NCBI GenBank assembly: GCA_018238545.1
Contig: JABCTC010000018.1
Coordinates: 6,310 to 70,309, forward strand
DNA from: Candidatus Heimdallarchaeota archaeon
Lineage (GTDB): Archaea; Asgardarchaeota; Heimdallarchaeia; Heimdallarchaeales; Heimdallarchaeaceae
Direction: 5' to 3'
Length of the DNA: 64,000 nt
In this document: piece after piece, positions 8,937 to 18,741 of the stretch
Layout of the letters: each line of letters opens with the position of its first letter
How positions within the stretch are numbered: position 1 is the stretch's first letter
Notes under the pieces: model-generated
The model's database searches: none
Told to the model about the DNA's origin: nothing
Seen by the model: the letters and a program-made list of their open reading frames with translations, nothing else
Made by a program: the position numbers and the translations under genes

Positions 8937-10595
8937 GTGGTAGCGTTGATAACAAACTTAGAAGGTTTAAATATCGATAAGATTTCGAAACAAAAAGATT
9001 TACGAGATGTTGTTTCAGACCTTCTAGAATTAACACGAAGATTACCTCTTAAAGATTCAAAACTGTTAATCGAGAAAATATCCCTTAAAAGTAAGCAATT
9101 GGGTGATATAAAATCTCAAGTAATTATAAATTATGTTAAACATCTACAAATTTTCGGTCTTCTAAAGAGAAATGGAGAAATATTAGAGCTTGCCAATGAA
9201 ATTAACATTTTATCTGAAAAAATAGATTACAAAGAAGGAAAAGCTCTTTACTATATTATTATGTGGGGGGTTGAGAAATTAAAAGGTAATATCAAAAGAG
9301 CTATTGTAATGCGAAGGACTTCTATGGAAATCATTGATTCCTTAGAAAAACCTGATATAATGGTTTCAACCTGGATTAGATATTCTTATGCTGTTGGCGA
9401 GTGGACAGAAGAAAGGAATCTGTCTTCTGCTAAGATGTTAGAAGATTGCATGATCTTCTTTAGAAAAAGAGAACATTATTCATCAGAGATTAATGCAGCA
9501 ACATTTTTAGCTAATATTTATTCTAAAACAAATCAGAAAGATGAGCTTTTCAATATTGTTCAAGAGATTATGGGAAACGATGGTTTATTCCAGTATTATC
9601 CTAAACACATTTTAGGGAGATTTCATTATCTTCTAGGGTCAATGTTTCTTTCAAGGGGAGATAAGGAACTGGCTGAAATGCACTTGTTCTCAAGCACTCA
9701 GCTATACAAGAGATTCAGTCATACTTCAAACCACATTTATGATTATCTTTCCGGTCTCTCAATTCTAGCCCGAATTTATGCTACTTCAGGTAAGTTGGAC
9801 AGGGTTCATGATATCCTTACAGAGCTTAAAGAGATAGTTGATGAAGGAGATTTATATCAGAAATTATCAAAACAATTTGTAAATTCCTTGGTCAGTTCTA
9901 TCACTATCACTCAATTTTACATGTCATTTCATAAAAGAAACAATTACAATTTAGATTTTCAAGGAGAGGTTAGAAACCTCTTATTGAAATACCAAAATTT
10001 TATTCTATTACCTGAAATGTTGACCGAACTAATGGTTTATTCAGGTATCGAAATTGAGGAACTTTCAGATTTGAAGATAGAAAAACTACCGAACAATTTC
10101 CTTAAAAGTGTCATTGATTTTCTACTTGCTTTACAAAATCCAGATGTCAGCAGCACAGATGAAAGGATTAAAAATGCTTCCAAAATTCTTGACCTTTCGC
10201 CAGAAAATGCTGTTAAAGGAGAATTTGGAAGAATCTTTAGTGATATGATTCTATCAAAACTTTATCTTTCAAGTGGTAGGTATGAGGAATTCAAAACTAC
10301 GATGAAGAAGTATGTTTTTAAGACTGATAAAATCACAAATATTTCTTTAAGAATTATGGCAGAGAGCATGGAAGCGATATATAAGTTCCTGCAAAGCGAT
10401 AAAACTGAGAAATCAATAGAAAGATTATCAGAAATAATTTTAGAATGTGAAGAGAAAAGCTTAACCAGGATGGGTAGAGAAGTTAAGGCTTTCAGACAAA
10501 TGCTAGTTCAAAAAAGAATGAATTTTTATCATAAACAAATTTTCGCCGATTTATCTTATCAAGATCTTGTTCCAATAATAGTAGAAAAAACATAA
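8937..10595 (+). CDS. Hypothetical alpha-helical (TPR-like?) protein
   Basis: Long ORF of 552 aa with helical repeat-like composition and a GTG start. No catalytic motif recognised. Confidence 0.45.
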   Translation: MVALITNLEGLNIDKISKQKDLRDVVSDLLELTRRLPLKDSKLLIEKISLKSKQLGDIKSQVIINYVKHLQIFGLLKRNGEILELANEINILSEKIDYKEGKALYYIIMWGVEKLKGNIKRAIVMRRTSMEIIDSLEKPDIMVSTWIRYSYAVGEWTEERNLSSAKMLEDCMIFFRKREHYSSEINAATFLANIYSKTNQKDELFNIVQEIMGNDGLFQYYPKHILGRFHYLLGSMFLSRGDKELAEMHLFSSTQLYKRFSHTSNHIYDYLSGLSILARIYATSGKLDRVHDILTELKEIVDEGDLYQKLSKQFVNSLVSSITITQFYMSFHKRNNYNLDFQGEVRNLLLKYQNFILLPEMLTELMVYSGIEIEELSDLKIEKLPNNFLKSVIDFLLALQNPDVSSTDERIKNASKILDLSPENAVKGEFGRIFSDMILSKLYLSSGRYEEFKTTMKKYVFKTDKITNISLRIMAESMEAIYKFLQSDKTEKSIERLSEIILECEEKSLTRMGREVKAFRQMLVQKRMNFYHKQIFADLSYQDLVPIIVEKT

Positions 10596-10611
10596 AAAGA
10601 AAAGGAGAATG

Positions 10612-13332
10612 TTAGCTACTTCCAAGACCTATAGCTTTGTATTTTACCTCTGATACTATAAAATGCTCATGGTCATATGCTCTTCTTCCATCAATCAAGA
10701 CAGGATTTCTCATCAATTCTAAAAACCTACCGGGAGAAATATCTTTGAATTCTTTCCATTCAGTTACTAGAATGCACCCATCAGCTGATTTTAGCACTTC
10801 TTCAATAGAGTTTACTAGATGCAAATTTTCATTTTCTATTTCCTTTTCGAAATTCTTCATGGCTATTGGATCTGTTGCATACACAATTGCTCCTTCTTCA
10901 AGCAACGTTTCTATAATAGGTACTGAGACAGCATCTCTCACGTCATCTGTATCGGGTTTAAAAGCAAGTCCCAATATTGCAATTTTTTTGTCTTTAAGTG
11001 ATTCTCCATCGTAAGTCTCCTTGAGTAATTGAATTGCACGTAAAGGTTGAATCTTATTTGTTTCAATTGTGGCTTCTAGGAGTTTTGAGGGAACCTTAAG
11101 TTCTTTTGATTTCTGGAACAAAGCAGAAACGTCTTTTGGGAAACAATTGTGAACAATAAAACCACTAGTTGATACAAAGGTGTGAGGACTACTTTCCATT
11201 TCTATTGAATAAACATCAATCTCTGCTGTCTTCTTAGTAATATTGTTAATTCTCAAACTAGCAAAACCATCATATTTCACATATCCCATAGGTTTAACAT
11301 CTCTTTTTTGTGCCAACAAAGTATCAGTCATTTTCACATTTGTTTTCTGATCGAAGAATTTCAAATCATTAACCTGTGATTTACCGAAAACACGAATAAT
11401 GTGTGCTGGTGTTGTTGATTTCTTCATCCACTGCTTCTTATAAGAAGGAATAATGTTTAAAGATTGGAGAAGTACAATAATCCCTTCAGCTAGTTCTTTG
11501 CTTACAGTTCCATATTCTATTGTTATTGCTCTAGCATGTTTATGAAAGTAAACACTTCCATCACCTCTGAAAAGCCCTTTTAAGACATTAAATTTAGACT
11601 CTTTGTTTTCGGTGTAAATAAGAGCTGGTAATCTTTTTGTATATGAATCAGTTCCGCAATTGAAATATTTGTCCAGGATATAGGCTAGCACCTTTGATGA
11701 AACAAGTATTGTGGTACATTGTCCCTTTGAAACCAAACTGAATCGAATCTTCAATTTTTCAAGAATACTGCAAACATCCCCTATATATTCTCCTTCGTTT
11801 GAATTGAAGGAAAATCCAATTCTTGCCCTAATACCTCTTTTTCCTTTTTCATAAGTAATATGTCCTTCAGCTAAATAATAACCTATTAAACGCCAGAAAT
11901 CTGCATCCATACTGATAACTGTAGGGATGTACGTAGGAGTACCTTGAGTTGTATATATGTAATATTCATCCAGTTTGAAAGGTAATAGATTTTTCTTAAT
12001 TAAGTATTGGAAGAATTTCAATGGTAGATAATTATTTCTAACTAAATCATATACTTTCCAATCTGATTCTTGAATTTGTCTAATGACACGATACAATACT
12101 TCTTTGTACTCCTTTAGATCATGTTTCAAAGGTCTAAATTTCAAGAAATCAATATTATCTTTTGCAATTTCATATACATTTAGCTTCTTTTTTCTACATA
12201 CTGGATAACTTGTCAATACAGGGAGTCTATTCCCCTCTCTTACGTCCATTGCTAATGTTATTTCCAAATTACCATTATTTTCAATTAACATTGGATGATC
12301 TTTAGTTACAGAAATTTCTCTTCCCATTTTAGTATGGAATGTTATAATTTCTCCTTTATACTCTCTCTTGGAGAAATGCTTTACTTCCTCTACAAAAGAA
12401 TTATGACCATCAAAGGATATTGCTCTAATATTTGTATTTGAATGGTATCTCAGGTATAATTCTTCTGAAGTAGCAATTTCAGGAGTTGAATTTCCTAATA
12501 GAATGAAATCATTTCCAGTTATACAACTTCCACCATATCCTAACCCAGCTCGGAGAAATTTACTTGAAATTCTCTCATCCATTCCAACACCCTGTGCTAT
12601 GGAACTGACATCACTACCAATTTTCTCAGCAATATTTGCTATTTCATTGATAAAAGAAATTTTCATTGCTAAGAATGAGTTGGATGCAAGTTTGATTATC
12701 TCAGCTGTTGTTGGATCTACTTGAAGAATAGGAGCTTCAAACCCCTCATAGGTTTTTGCAATTAACTGCTGAGCTCTTTCATCATTCCCGCCAATTACTA
12801 TTCTATCTGGTGCTAGAAAATCCTTCAAAGCTACTCCTTCACGTAGAAATTCTGGGTTCATACCTACTCCAAAATCCTTACCAGAAGTCAATTTACTGTT
12901 TTCAAGTATTGGTTTCACAATGTCAGTTGTAGTTCCTGGATTACAAGTGCTCTTAACCACTACAACTTTGTATTCTTGACCTTCTTCGAATGTCTTTGCT
13001 ATTGATGTAGCAGCTGATCTAACATATTTATCATCAAGTAATCCATTTGAGAATGAAGGTGTTCCAACACATATGAAAATGATTTCTGATTTTTGTATTG
13101 CTTCTTTGAAATCCAAAGTTGCTTCTAATTTCCCTTCTTCCACAACTTGTTTTAACATTTCTTCTAACCCTTCCTCATATATCGGGGGGATAGCTTGGTT
13201 AATCATATCCACCTTTTCTTGAATAACATCTACACAAATAACATCATGCCCTTTATGTGCAAAACAAGCACCAGTAACAAGTCCCACATATCCTGTCCCA
13301 ATTATAGCTATTTTCATAATCTTCATTCTCAT
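10612..13332 (-). CDS. ugd: UDP-glucose 6-dehydrogenase interrupted by an intein
   Basis: N-terminus MKIAIIGTGYVGLVTGACFA... is the UDPGDH Rossmann motif. Extein sequence ...GYGGS | CITGNDF...FIVHN | CFPKDVS reconstitutes the catalytic-Cys motif GGSCFPKD. The C-terminal half carries LAFKPDTDDVR and typical UDPGDH C-terminal domain features. The start is probably at one of the Met codons at 13317, 13324 or 13332. Confidence 0.9.
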   Translation of the reverse strand: MRMKIMKIAIIGTGYVGLVTGACFAHKGHDVICVDVIQEKVDMINQAIPPIYEEGLEEMLKQVVEEGKLEATLDFKEAIQKSEIIFICVGTPSFSNGLLDDKYVRSAATSIAKTFEEGQEYKVVVVKSTCNPGTTTDIVKPILENSKLTSGKDFGVGMNPEFLREGVALKDFLAPDRIVIGGNDERAQQLIAKTYEGFEAPILQVDPTTAEIIKLASNSFLAMKISFINEIANIAEKIGSDVSSIAQGVGMDERISSKFLRAGLGYGGSCITGNDFILLGNSTPEIATSEELYLRYHSNTNIRAISFDGHNSFVEEVKHFSKREYKGEIITFHTKMGREISVTKDHPMLIENNGNLEITLAMDVREGNRLPVLTSYPVCRKKKLNVYEIAKDNIDFLKFRPLKHDLKEYKEVLYRVIRQIQESDWKVYDLVRNNYLPLKFFQYLIKKNLLPFKLDEYYIYTTQGTPTYIPTVISMDADFWRLIGYYLAEGHITYEKGKRGIRARIGFSFNSNEGEYIGDVCSILEKLKIRFSLVSKGQCTTILVSSKVLAYILDKYFNCGTDSYTKRLPALIYTENKESKFNVLKGLFRGDGSVYFHKHARAITIEYGTVSKELAEGIIVLLQSLNIIPSYKKQWMKKSTTPAHIIRVFGKSQVNDLKFFDQKTNVKMTDTLLAQKRDVKPMGYVKYDGFASLRINNITKKTAEIDVYSIEMESSPHTFVSTSGFIVHNCFPKDVSALFQKSKELKVPSKLLEATIETNKIQPLRAIQLLKETYDGESLKDKKIAILGLAFKPDTDDVRDAVSVPIIETLLEEGAIVYATDPIAMKNFEKEIENENLHLVNSIEEVLKSADGCILVTEWKEFKDISPGRFLELMRNPVLIDGRRAYDHEHFIVSEVKYKAIGLGSS
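11146..12525 (-). mobile_element. Intein (about 460 aa) with LAGLIDADG homing-endonuclease domain, inserted at the catalytic Cys of UDP-glucose dehydrogenase
   Basis: The intein begins with Cys (CITGNDFILLG) and ends ...FIVHN followed by a +1 Cys. LAGLIDADG-like blocks LIGYYLAEGHI and LKGLFRGDGSVYF are present. Boundaries were derived by counting residues 270-729 of the ORF. Confidence 0.8.
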
Positions 13333-13424
13333 ATTAATTGGGGATTATTTGAAAGTTTGTCCAGAAGTTGTCCATTTGTCGACAAACCGAAAACATTTAC
13401 ATATACCAAGGAAAAATCTGTACA

Positions 13425-14732
13425 ATGATTAATTACAAGTCGATTGCTGATTCGATACACAAGTATATTGATTTTCCCGAAAATTTCTACTTTGATATAA
13501 TTGATACACCCGAATTTCAGAGGCTTAGAAGACTGGAACAACTAGGCGGTGTCTCTGCATCGTATCCTTCTGCTACTCATAGCCGTTTCATTCACAGTTT
13601 AGGTGCATTTCATATTGCAAATAGGATAGGGAATAGTTTACAAAAGAAATATCCTTCAAGAGTAACTAACTCAGATATCCAACTCGCAAGTACAACTGCT
13701 TTAATTCATGATGTAGGTCATGGTCCTTTTAGTCATATGTTTGAGGATACTATCAAACTGCTTTGTAACAATTCGAATGGTAATGATTGTTTCACTAAAT
13801 ATGAAGCTTTTATTCGACACGAGAACATCACTGAACAAATTGTCCGTTCTGATAATTCTGAAATCGCAATAATTCTTGAAAGAGAAGGATTTGATAGAAA
13901 GAAGATGGCTAATTTGGTTCTTGGGAGAAGCGTGAATGATAAACCGTTCTTAAATCAGATTATTGCTTCTCAACTAGATGCTGATTCTTTAGATTATTTG
14001 ATGAGAGATTCTATGGCGACAGGGGTTTCCTTTGGTCTCTATAATCTGGAGAGATTATTTGCCATGTTAGAGATTTCAAAAGATGGAGATTTAGTAGTAA
14101 GAGAAAAAGGACTACAATCGACTGAACAAGTTGTTATTGCACTCTATATGCAATTTACTAGGGTTTACTTCCACAAAACAGTTCGCTGTTGGGAGTATAT
14201 GATGAAGTTATTTATTGCCCAATTATTGCAACAAATCGAAGAAGATAAGAAAATACATGTTCTTCCTTTTATTAGAGAATTTGCAGAGAATCCTAACTGG
14301 GAAACTTTGATTCCGTTGACGGATGATATAATGTATACTCAGCTACATCTATCATCGAGAAAGGAAACAAACGATGAATTCATTAGACAATTAGCCGGAG
14401 ATATTCTTCACAGAAAATTATACAAAAGCATACCTCTCACTGAGGATATGGCTCACAATGTCCACGAAAATCAAGATAAAATCAATTTCATAGTTAGGAA
14501 AAATGGTTATCCTACAAATTCTTGGATAGTTGATCATTTTGGTTCTAGATACTATGACCCTGATAAAGCATTCAAAATTTTAATCAAAATGAAAAACGGT
14601 GATATTAAACAGATTTCTGAGGTTTCAGAGGTTGTAGCAAGTTTGTCAAAACCTAAATTCAACAATTTGCTTATCTTTCCAGCTAAATGCAGGAATGAGA
14701 TTACAGATTTAATTAAAACAATTTCAAAATAA
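13425..14732 (+). CDS. HD-domain dNTP triphosphohydrolase (SAMHD1/dGTPase-like)
   Basis: IDTPEFQRLRRLEQLG...HSRFIHSLGAFHIA...IHDVGHGPFSHMFE matches the SAMHD1/Dgt HD motif arrangement (IDTPQFQRLR...; H...HD...D). The ORF opens at 13368, but the Met at 13425 aligns with the family N-terminus. Confidence 0.8.
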   Translation: MINYKSIADSIHKYIDFPENFYFDIIDTPEFQRLRRLEQLGGVSASYPSATHSRFIHSLGAFHIANRIGNSLQKKYPSRVTNSDIQLASTTALIHDVGHGPFSHMFEDTIKLLCNNSNGNDCFTKYEAFIRHENITEQIVRSDNSEIAIILEREGFDRKKMANLVLGRSVNDKPFLNQIIASQLDADSLDYLMRDSMATGVSFGLYNLERLFAMLEISKDGDLVVREKGLQSTEQVVIALYMQFTRVYFHKTVRCWEYMMKLFIAQLLQQIEEDKKIHVLPFIREFAENPNWETLIPLTDDIMYTQLHLSSRKETNDEFIRQLAGDILHRKLYKSIPLTEDMAHNVHENQDKINFIVRKNGYPTNSWIVDHFGSRYYDPDKAFKILIKMKNGDIKQISEVSEVVASLSKPKFNNLLIFPAKCRNEITDLIKTISK

Positions 14733-14747
14733 AAAAGAAAAAGAGGA

Positions 14748-16124
14748 TTATTGGAATCCTGATTCCATCGAAGGTGGTTCAAAATCCTTTTCCTGTTCTT
14801 TTTTCGTTGATTTTTCTGTTTGAATAATTTCTCCACAATAGCGGCAAATTGGATACTTACTCTTACCTGTCTCACCACAGTGAGGACATCTTCTGAGTGT
14901 TTTCAATACCCTAAGTTTGAATTGTTTCCAAAGAATTACCCAAACAACTGTCAAGGAGGTAAGAATCTTCACCCAAGAAGATTGAAGTGCTATTTCTATC
15001 CAAGAATAAAGTCTCTCTAAAGTCTTCAAAGGTGTAATGTGAATTTCAAAGAAGAAATCATCTGGATCAAGGATATTTGTGGAAATACGGATATGTAAAA
15101 TAGGCAATCCTTCAACACTTTGTTCTATAGCATCTTTTATAGTTGAATAGTCGATAGATACCGAAGCGGCAAGAGGGATATCAAACAAACCAGTTGAACT
15201 ATCGTTAATTCGAGTATCACCAATACTGATTTGTGCAGTTTTAGTCCAGATTGTTGCTTCAATTTGCGTCCTTACATTTATATACAAATTCAAGTCATCT
15301 CCTTCCTTAATCTGAGGAGGAGATGGACTGATTGAAAGGATATATGAGTTAAGGGTTATGATAACTTCTTTTGCAAGATAAGAAGTAATGAAACCAGTTT
15401 TACTTACCGTTATAAACAATGTTGCATTATACGTTGATTCGTCTGGTGGAAATTCACCCACAGCAGGCACTAATTGGTCAATAGCAACGCTAATGTCTAC
15501 TTCTCCTGTAGCATTTGTTTTAATTGGTCCAAATGATTTTGTTCCGTAGGTAATATTTACTAGGGCATCTTTAATAGAAATTTCTTGCTCATCTACGCAC
15601 TTGATGGTGAAAGAAACATCATCATAACCTTGGATAGCTCTAATTTGAGGAGGATTTGTTGAGATTCCTATCTCTTTCTGAATATAGAAATATTGAGTGA
15701 AAAATAGTATGGGGAAACTTGAGTGTGTTATTAAAACATCCATCTCATGTTGCCCTCCTACTTCTGCTGTAAAATTGAAAAATACTTCTTTGGGATTATT
15801 TATCTTTTTTCCATCAAGAAATGTTGTAGAAAGAGGTACATAGGTTATATATGAAACGTTCAGATTGGATTGAGAAGATATTGAAAACTTCAATTCCATT
15901 CCAGTTGAACTATTACTACTACCAAATATCGAACTTGTTTCTGCATATTTTAGATAGTATTTGAAAGAGGTTTCTTGTAAAATTCTGAGATACTGATCTC
16001 TTAACAACATTGAATCAAGAGGAAGTATTTTTGTGAGCATAGTTATTGCTTGAGCATTCACAATTATTGGATTTTTATATCGCTCCAACCAATCTAGATA
16101 AATTATCGAACCAGTAGTTGTCAT
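14748..16124 (-). CDS. Hypothetical protein with C-terminal TM helix and cytoplasmic zinc ribbon
   Basis: Hydrophobic helix ILTSLTVVWVILW near the C-terminus, followed by CPHCGETGKSKYPICRYCGE (CxxC...CxxC). SD-like GAGG lies 8 nt upstream of the ATG. Confidence 0.5.
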   Translation of the reverse strand: MTTTGSIIYLDWLERYKNPIIVNAQAITMLTKILPLDSMLLRDQYLRILQETSFKYYLKYAETSSIFGSSNSSTGMELKFSISSQSNLNVSYITYVPLSTTFLDGKKINNPKEVFFNFTAEVGGQHEMDVLITHSSFPILFFTQYFYIQKEIGISTNPPQIRAIQGYDDVSFTIKCVDEQEISIKDALVNITYGTKSFGPIKTNATGEVDISVAIDQLVPAVGEFPPDESTYNATLFITVSKTGFITSYLAKEVIITLNSYILSISPSPPQIKEGDDLNLYINVRTQIEATIWTKTAQISIGDTRINDSSTGLFDIPLAASVSIDYSTIKDAIEQSVEGLPILHIRISTNILDPDDFFFEIHITPLKTLERLYSWIEIALQSSWVKILTSLTVVWVILWKQFKLRVLKTLRRCPHCGETGKSKYPICRYCGEIIQTEKSTKKEQEKDFEPPSMESGFQ

Positions 16125-16169
16125 TCCTGCCTCAAAGAAAGCTGGGAATACAAATAAATTAAGGTATAT

Positions 16170-16886
16170 TTAATCAACTATTGGAAGTATTTGCAAAAGG
16201 CTCTGAGGAGACCCAGTATAATCAAATTTCATCCTATTGAATTCAATTATCTGTGACAAAGCTAGGCAATTATCATATGTGAGAGCTGTATCTTTTAGAA
16301 CTAATGCACCTAAATCATATATTGAATGAAACATTCCTGTATCAGGGCTCCTGAACATTTCTAGAAGTGCTAACTCAAAAATATCAGCGGCGTAAAAATA
16401 GATAGCAGCTAATCCAGCATCTCCAAGGAATACTTGATATGCACAATGTTGTAATAATGCAGTATTCATATACAAATTTCCTTGTAAATCAGCTTCATTA
16501 TCAGTATTTGTTCCTGAATTATTTGTGCTCCTGAACAAATAACCAATGCTTGCATCAAGCAATGTTACTGAGATATTCCCATTCAGAAGATAATAATCAA
16601 CAGTCTTCTTTGTTTCAGAATAGTAAACAGAACTATCATTTAACAAGTTATTAGCCATTGTAAAGAGTCCAGTAGACTTTGCAGATTGTTGACTTAAACC
16701 ACTCTTAACTTCACCAAATGGTAAATCTACATACATTGTCTGATTCAGTGATCCTGATGGTGAATGAAAGAATACATCAACTATCCCATCCATTGTTATA
16801 TTAGCCAAATCCCAGAAGATTGTTGCTAATGAATCCCCTATAAGATCTAATGCTTGAGCTAATCTACAATAAGCTATAACTAACAA
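16170..16886 (-). CDS. Hypothetical protein
   Basis: 238-aa ORF with no recognisable motifs. It lies in the same frame as 14748..16124 and is separated from it only by one TAA at 16170..16172 and 15 sense codons. Confidence 0.4.
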   Translation of the reverse strand: MLVIAYCRLAQALDLIGDSLATIFWDLANITMDGIVDVFFHSPSGSLNQTMYVDLPFGEVKSGLSQQSAKSTGLFTMANNLLNDSSVYYSETKKTVDYYLLNGNISVTLLDASIGYLFRSTNNSGTNTDNEADLQGNLYMNTALLQHCAYQVFLGDAGLAAIYFYAADIFELALLEMFRSPDTGMFHSIYDLGALVLKDTALTYDNCLALSQIIEFNRMKFDYTGSPQSLLQILPIVD

Positions 16887-17002
16887 TAAATTGTCATCTG
16901 CATGAAAATCATTAAGTAAACGACAAAATTTTTCTTAGAATTCATAAGCAAAAACGATTTAATTAAAAAAAAGGGAGTGTATTATGAGAAAAATATCTGG
17001 GA

Positions 17003-18736
17003 CTATTTGTTATCTTCTTTGATTAGTAAATATTCCCTGATTGTATTTTCTAAGTTCTCTTTAGTTATCCTATAATCTTTGCTGATTTTTCCATCTAACA
17101 TCTCTAAATGACGGAAACCTGGTCGGAGTAATGTTAGATCATGAGAGCATGTTACAATGGTTGCTTTGTTGATTCTAACTATGTCCATAAGAAGATCTAT
17201 GATATGTCTTGCAAGTTCTGCATCGAGGTTTGCAGTTGGCTCATCAGTAAGGATAATTTTTGTTTTCCTAGATAAAGCAGAAGCTAACGCTGCTCTTTGT
17301 TTTTCACCTTCTGATAGTTCATAGGGATACGCTTCTAAACGATGACCTATGTGGCATTCTTTGACAATGGAATCACTATATTCCACATCAAAATTTATGT
17401 CAGAAAAGATACTAGGAATTAGGAAATTCTCATGAACTTTTATAGGGTCAAAGAGGTTATTATGCTGAGTAACATAAGCAATATTAGCAAGTCTAAAAGC
17501 TGAAACTTCCCTTTCGTCTTCTTCACTAATTGGATATTTCATAACAGTCACAAGACCGTCATTTGGTGTGATTAAACCTGCAATCATGTTAAGAAGTGTA
17601 GTTTTGCCAACACCGCTGGGTCCAGATATGAAAACAAAGTCACCTTCATGGATATCTAAACTCATATTTTTGATAACTTCGTTATAACCTGCTTGAGAGT
17701 GGTAACCTTTTGTTACGTTCTTAACCGTAATCAGCTTTTTCTTCTTGTCAGGAGGGATAAATTCTCTGCTTAAGAGATGCTCTACATCCTTGAATGATAT
17801 CCGATCAACCTTATCTTCACTTTCCTTTGCAGGTTTAGAAATTATCTCGTAGATCTTGTCTCGACTTATTACTTCAGGGTTCCAGAACAGGCCTAGCTTT
17901 CTTGAAGGATGAGAATCAAATTCCACAACATCCTTGATAGCAGTAGTACTCTTAACTTCATCAGGAACTCGAACATAATTAGAAGCATCCATATAAGAAC
18001 GATTCATATCAGAAGAATGCATGAGAAATTCAAGCTCATCTCTTTCCATATCTCGACTTATTCCAGCTAGCCTACCATCTCTGATAATGAAGCTTTTCTC
18101 AAATATAGTTCTGAACCGAATATCATGAGTTACGACCACAATTGTTTTACCTAATGCTAGATTAACTTGCTTGATTGCATCGATAATGTCTTGCGTATTT
18201 TTCGTGTCGAGTTGACCAGTCGGTTCGTCAGCAAGTAGTATTAGAGGGTCCTTAGCAAGGGCTACACCCATAGACAAGCGCATTGCCTCACCACCAGAAA
18301 GTTTTCCTACAGTATTATTAAAGACATGCCTGAGATTCAGCAATTTTGCAATTTCTTCTATATCTTTCTTTGCTTGCTCTCTAGGTAAATAGAACATCTT
18401 CTTAGGAATCATCAGGTTTTGTCTAACTGATAAATGTGAGAAGAGATTGTCGCTAATAAATTGGTTAATCAGTCCAAGATGGTAAAAACGAAACTCCCGT
18501 CTCATATATTCATCAAGTTGGTCAAATCTTTGACCATTCATTATGATCTGACCGCTTGTAGGAAGTTCAATACCAGCAAGAATCTTTATGAGTGTAGTTT
18601 TACCTGCTCCTGAAGGACCAATTACAGAGACAAGTTCTCCTTCCTTTATGTCTAAATCTAATCCTCGTAGTGCTGCTACTTTATACTCAGTTCTAGGATC
18701 TTGAAATATTTTTATAATATCAATACATCTTATCAT
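17003..18736 (-). CDS. ABC transporter ATP-binding protein with two fused NBDs (paralog of 219..1964)
   Basis: MIRCIDIIKIF...GPSGAGKTT...LSGGEAMRL...LLADEPTGQLD...VTHD in the first NBD, and GPSGVGKTT...LSEGEKQRA...ILTDEPTANLD...CSHD in the second. About 65% identical to the first copy. The ORF extends to 18838, but the Met at 18736 aligns with the paralog and abuts the permease stop at 18742. Confidence 0.9.
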   Translation of the reverse strand: MIRCIDIIKIFQDPRTEYKVAALRGLDLDIKEGELVSVIGPSGAGKTTLIKILAGIELPTSGQIIMNGQRFDQLDEYMRREFRFYHLGLINQFISDNLFSHLSVRQNLMIPKKMFYLPREQAKKDIEEIAKLLNLRHVFNNTVGKLSGGEAMRLSMGVALAKDPLILLADEPTGQLDTKNTQDIIDAIKQVNLALGKTIVVVTHDIRFRTIFEKSFIIRDGRLAGISRDMERDELEFLMHSSDMNRSYMDASNYVRVPDEVKSTTAIKDVVEFDSHPSRKLGLFWNPEVISRDKIYEIISKPAKESEDKVDRISFKDVEHLLSREFIPPDKKKKLITVKNVTKGYHSQAGYNEVIKNMSLDIHEGDFVFISGPSGVGKTTLLNMIAGLITPNDGLVTVMKYPISEEDEREVSAFRLANIAYVTQHNNLFDPIKVHENFLIPSIFSDINFDVEYSDSIVKECHIGHRLEAYPYELSEGEKQRAALASALSRKTKIILTDEPTANLDAELARHIIDLLMDIVRINKATIVTCSHDLTLLRPGFRHLEMLDGKISKDYRITKENLENTIREYLLIKEDNK

Positions 18737-18741
18737 CTTTT

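Noticed and set aside
10637-12724. Plus-strand ORFs 10637..11014 and 12503..12724 inside ugd/intein
   Set aside because: Antisense to a well-supported CDS, with low-complexity translations.
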